Assembly (NCBI GenBank): GCA_009103225.1
Contig: RHPI01002069.1
Location: 1,134,962-1,198,961, forward strand
Direction: 5' to 3'
From: Chlorokybus atmophyticus
Taxonomy: Eukaryota; Plantae; Mesostigma and Chlorokybus algae
Length of the DNA stretch: 64,000 bases
Of this stretch, positions 61,301 through 64,000 are shown one piece after another; position 1 is the stretch's first letter, and every line of letters begins with the position of its first letter. The translations under genes and the position numbers were made by a program. Below the pieces are notes generated by a model, which had not been told where the DNA came from, searched no databases, and was given only the letters and a program-made list of their open reading frames with translations.

Positions 61301-63507
61301 GCGCTCAGATATACCCTGTCATGAACAGGGAGGTAAATTGGTATAGAAAGCCTGAAATGGCTGGCAGTGTCCGTGTGATTTGTTTCGAGAAGTACAATTG
61401 CTGTTATGGATGTTCCACTTTGTGTCCCNNNNNNNNNNNNNNNNNNNNNNNNNNNNNNNNNNNNNNNNNNNNNNNNNNNNNNNNNNNNNNNNNNNNNNNN
61501 NNNNNNCTTACCGCCCCTTGTCTTACCTGTTTGACGGACTCAAGTGCTTGCGCGCGCGCTCGCTCCTGCGCCTCGAGCTCCTTCTGCAGCGCGGCGATCT
61601 CCTTGTTCTTGCTGTTCAGAGCCACATCCAACTCCTGATGAAGAAACCACACAGAGTTGTTGTCTACACGCGTGTGCGTGTACGAGCGCGTGTGCATGGT
61701 TGGCCTTTCATTAGCGTAGCCGTCATGCAGCGCGTGTGCGTACCGCGGCGTTGACTTCTGCGGCGAGCGCGTTGACGTCGATGCTGACCTCCCCCGCGTT
61801 GATCACCGCGTGGGTCTCGATGCACATCGCACGCGACGCAAACTCCAACGTGCTGTCACAACAGATTCCATTAGACACACCATACGTGTTCTGCTGCTGG
61901 ATCTCCACATCCAGCCAGGCTCTCTTACGCGATGGTTTCGTTGACGGAGTCGTGCGCTGGCGACACGCACACGAGCAGGCTGGTCTTGCAGTTTCCGCCG
62001 ACGCTGTCCTCGAGGATGCGCGTCAGCTTGCTGTCGCGGAACGGGATGTGCTTCTTACGACCCGCAAGAGCCTATGACATGAACAACAACATCAACATGA
62101 CCAATACTGACACCAACAACATGCACCAGGTACTCGATGTGTGTGTGTTTTTCATCGTCATCAACATCGTCATTGGTTTGATATGTGTGTGCCTTGCCTG
62201 CACGACGTTGCCGAAAGCGAGGAGGGATGTGTTGATGTTGGTGGCTTCCTTGAAGGACTGACCCGTCACGCCGCTCTTCTTCGTGCGCTCGCTGTTTGTC
62301 GTTGTTGTTGTGTCAAGTTTGCGGACTCGTTGACGGCGTGCAACAGTTATTGATGAAGACAATAAGGACAACCCACCTGCCGGCGAGGTCGACGACGGTG
62401 AGCTTGCCAAACTTGGCGGCGACGCTCTGGCCAGCCTGGCCCTTGTCGCGCTTCGTCACCTTGAACTGGAACACCGCGTGCGACCTGTGCGCACACGTGC
62501 GTATGTGGAGTATGTTGGGGTGTGGGTGGGTGGGTGTGGATGTGGGTGGGTGTGGGTGGGTGGGTGTGGGTGTGGGCACACGCACCTGCGCATGCGTGCG
62601 TGCTTGAGCGCGTGTGAGCGGCACGACAAGTGCAGGGGCAGACACAAGGGACTTTTGTATGTGAATGCAAACAACATATGTGTACCTGCTTGATGACTTG
62701 TTCATCTTTGTCTCTGCGTAAACGAGGTTCTGTCGTCCTCTCTGGAACAGCGCCATGCACTCGGCCGGCGACCGGCACGTCGTCCACGCCAACCCCTCCA
62801 CCTGACCACCCGTGCGTATCTGCAGGTCCTGGCCTTTGCTCCTGTCCTCCGCAAGCAGGTCATCAACCTGCTCATTGTAGATCTACACACACAGAAGGTT
62901 AGGATTACTTTCCCTAAGAACATCATATCATATAGATACCCACGCACACACACCTGCAGCATGGCTGCCTGTACGTGGTAGGCATGGTTGGTATCGGCGG
63001 CGGCGTGCACAAACAGGGCAGCGACCAGTCTGGGTAGTAAGCCTTGCTCGCTGGCTGGACCACTCCCATTCAACAAGCTGTGGGTCTTGCCCGCACCAGT
63101 CTGACCATACGCCAACACACTGGACGACAAGCAGAACGATGAGTACAACAACAACGACAAGGACATAGACATTAACAAGCTACATGCCTGCCGTTGTAGC
63201 CCTGTAGTACGTCCTTCAGTACTCCCCTCCCCACCGCTTCATACACGTCTTTCTGCGTGGCCGTCTGCGCGAAGGCCCCGTCGAAGTTGAAGGGTCTGGG
63301 TCTGAGTCGCGGGGCGGAGGCGTCCCCTCCCGCCAGGACCCTGTCCGTGGCGCTCCCCTCCTCCATGTTGATTATCACGCGACCCTCGTCCTCGCTGTCG
63401 ACCACGGCGGCGGCGGAGTGGGGACCGTCCATGGCCTCGCGGGGGAGGGGAGGACGGACGCGAGCGAAGACGAGGACACGGCCGCCGCCGGGGGTTGTGT
63501 CGGCCAT
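58400..63507 (-). CDS. Kinesin with N-terminal motor and long coiled-coil tail (3' end approximate; two N-gaps inside)
   Basis: RVLVFARVRP; FNFDGAF; GYNGSVLAYGQTGAGKT; NKSSSRSHAVF; VVDLAG/SER; NINTSLLAFGNV; HIPFRDSKLTRILEDS. Confidence 0.92.
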
Positions 63508-63520
63508 CGTGGTGGGAGAT

Positions 63521-63611
<91 letters not shown>
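63521..63611. repeat. 91-nt poly-G homopolymer
   Basis: Uninterrupted G run just upstream of the kinesin ATG (poly-C on the sense strand). Confidence 0.9.
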
Positions 63612-63613
<2 letters not shown>

Positions 63614-64000
63614 GTTGGTGAAGGTGATGCCGCCGCCGCCGCCTTCAAACGGGCCAGGCCGCCCCCAGGCTAGGCCAGGCCACCAGGCCGAACACACCAG
63701 GCCAGGCCAGGCCAGACGCCAGGTCACGTGACTGAGCCCACGCGAAGCGACAATATTTCCGATTTGTGCGCTTGTGCGATAGCCGCACAAAGCAAGTTAG
63801 GGTTTGGCACTCTGGCTGGCTGGTGGCAGTGTTGCTGGCCATGGCGGCGGCGGCGGCGGCCGTGTGTGGGACGGCCGGGGCGGAGGTAGGACCTAGGAGC
63901 GGGAGGTCTCAGGTGTACCGCTGCTGTGACACCGCAGCTTCAGACCAGCCCAAAGGTGCAGCAGGCGTTGTAGCTGTGCGGACAGTTGGTTGCACGATGG

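Noticed and set aside
1-64000. tRNA, rRNA, snRNA genes or CRISPR arrays
   Set aside because: No cloverleaf with both A and B boxes, no rRNA or snRNA signature recognised, and no spacer-repeat array.

Overview
Eukaryotic, intron-rich nuclear DNA from a green plant-lineage alga. An early-diverging streptophyte is inferred from the land-plant-type catalase exon layout, a PAZ-bearing Dicer and telo-boxes; this is not proven. Bases 1-11631 are two young Ty3/gypsy chromovirus LTR retrotransposons in tandem (LTR-internal-LTR-internal-LTR). The middle LTR is a mosaic of the outer two, and gag-pol carries a canonical -1 frameshift signal. The remainder is a gene-dense stretch: RCC1-repeat protein, plastid DnaJ, stromal ascorbate peroxidase, plastid EamA transporter, an intronless securin/PATRONUS-like protein, GID4, a full-length Dicer-like gene, a Cys-to-Ser LMW-PTP pseudophosphatase, catalase, an uncharacterised 3-TM protein with an ERGIC/ENaC-like two-TM core, a CAP59-like glycosyltransferase and a kinesin. 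Four N-gaps and several poly-G runs show it is a draft assembly. For spliced genes the coordinates span first to last recognised exon, and some ends are approximate. No single multi-gene novel system is evident. The best leads are the securin-like ORF, the ERGIC/ENaC-like membrane protein, the recombinant retrotransposon array and the pseudophosphatase.
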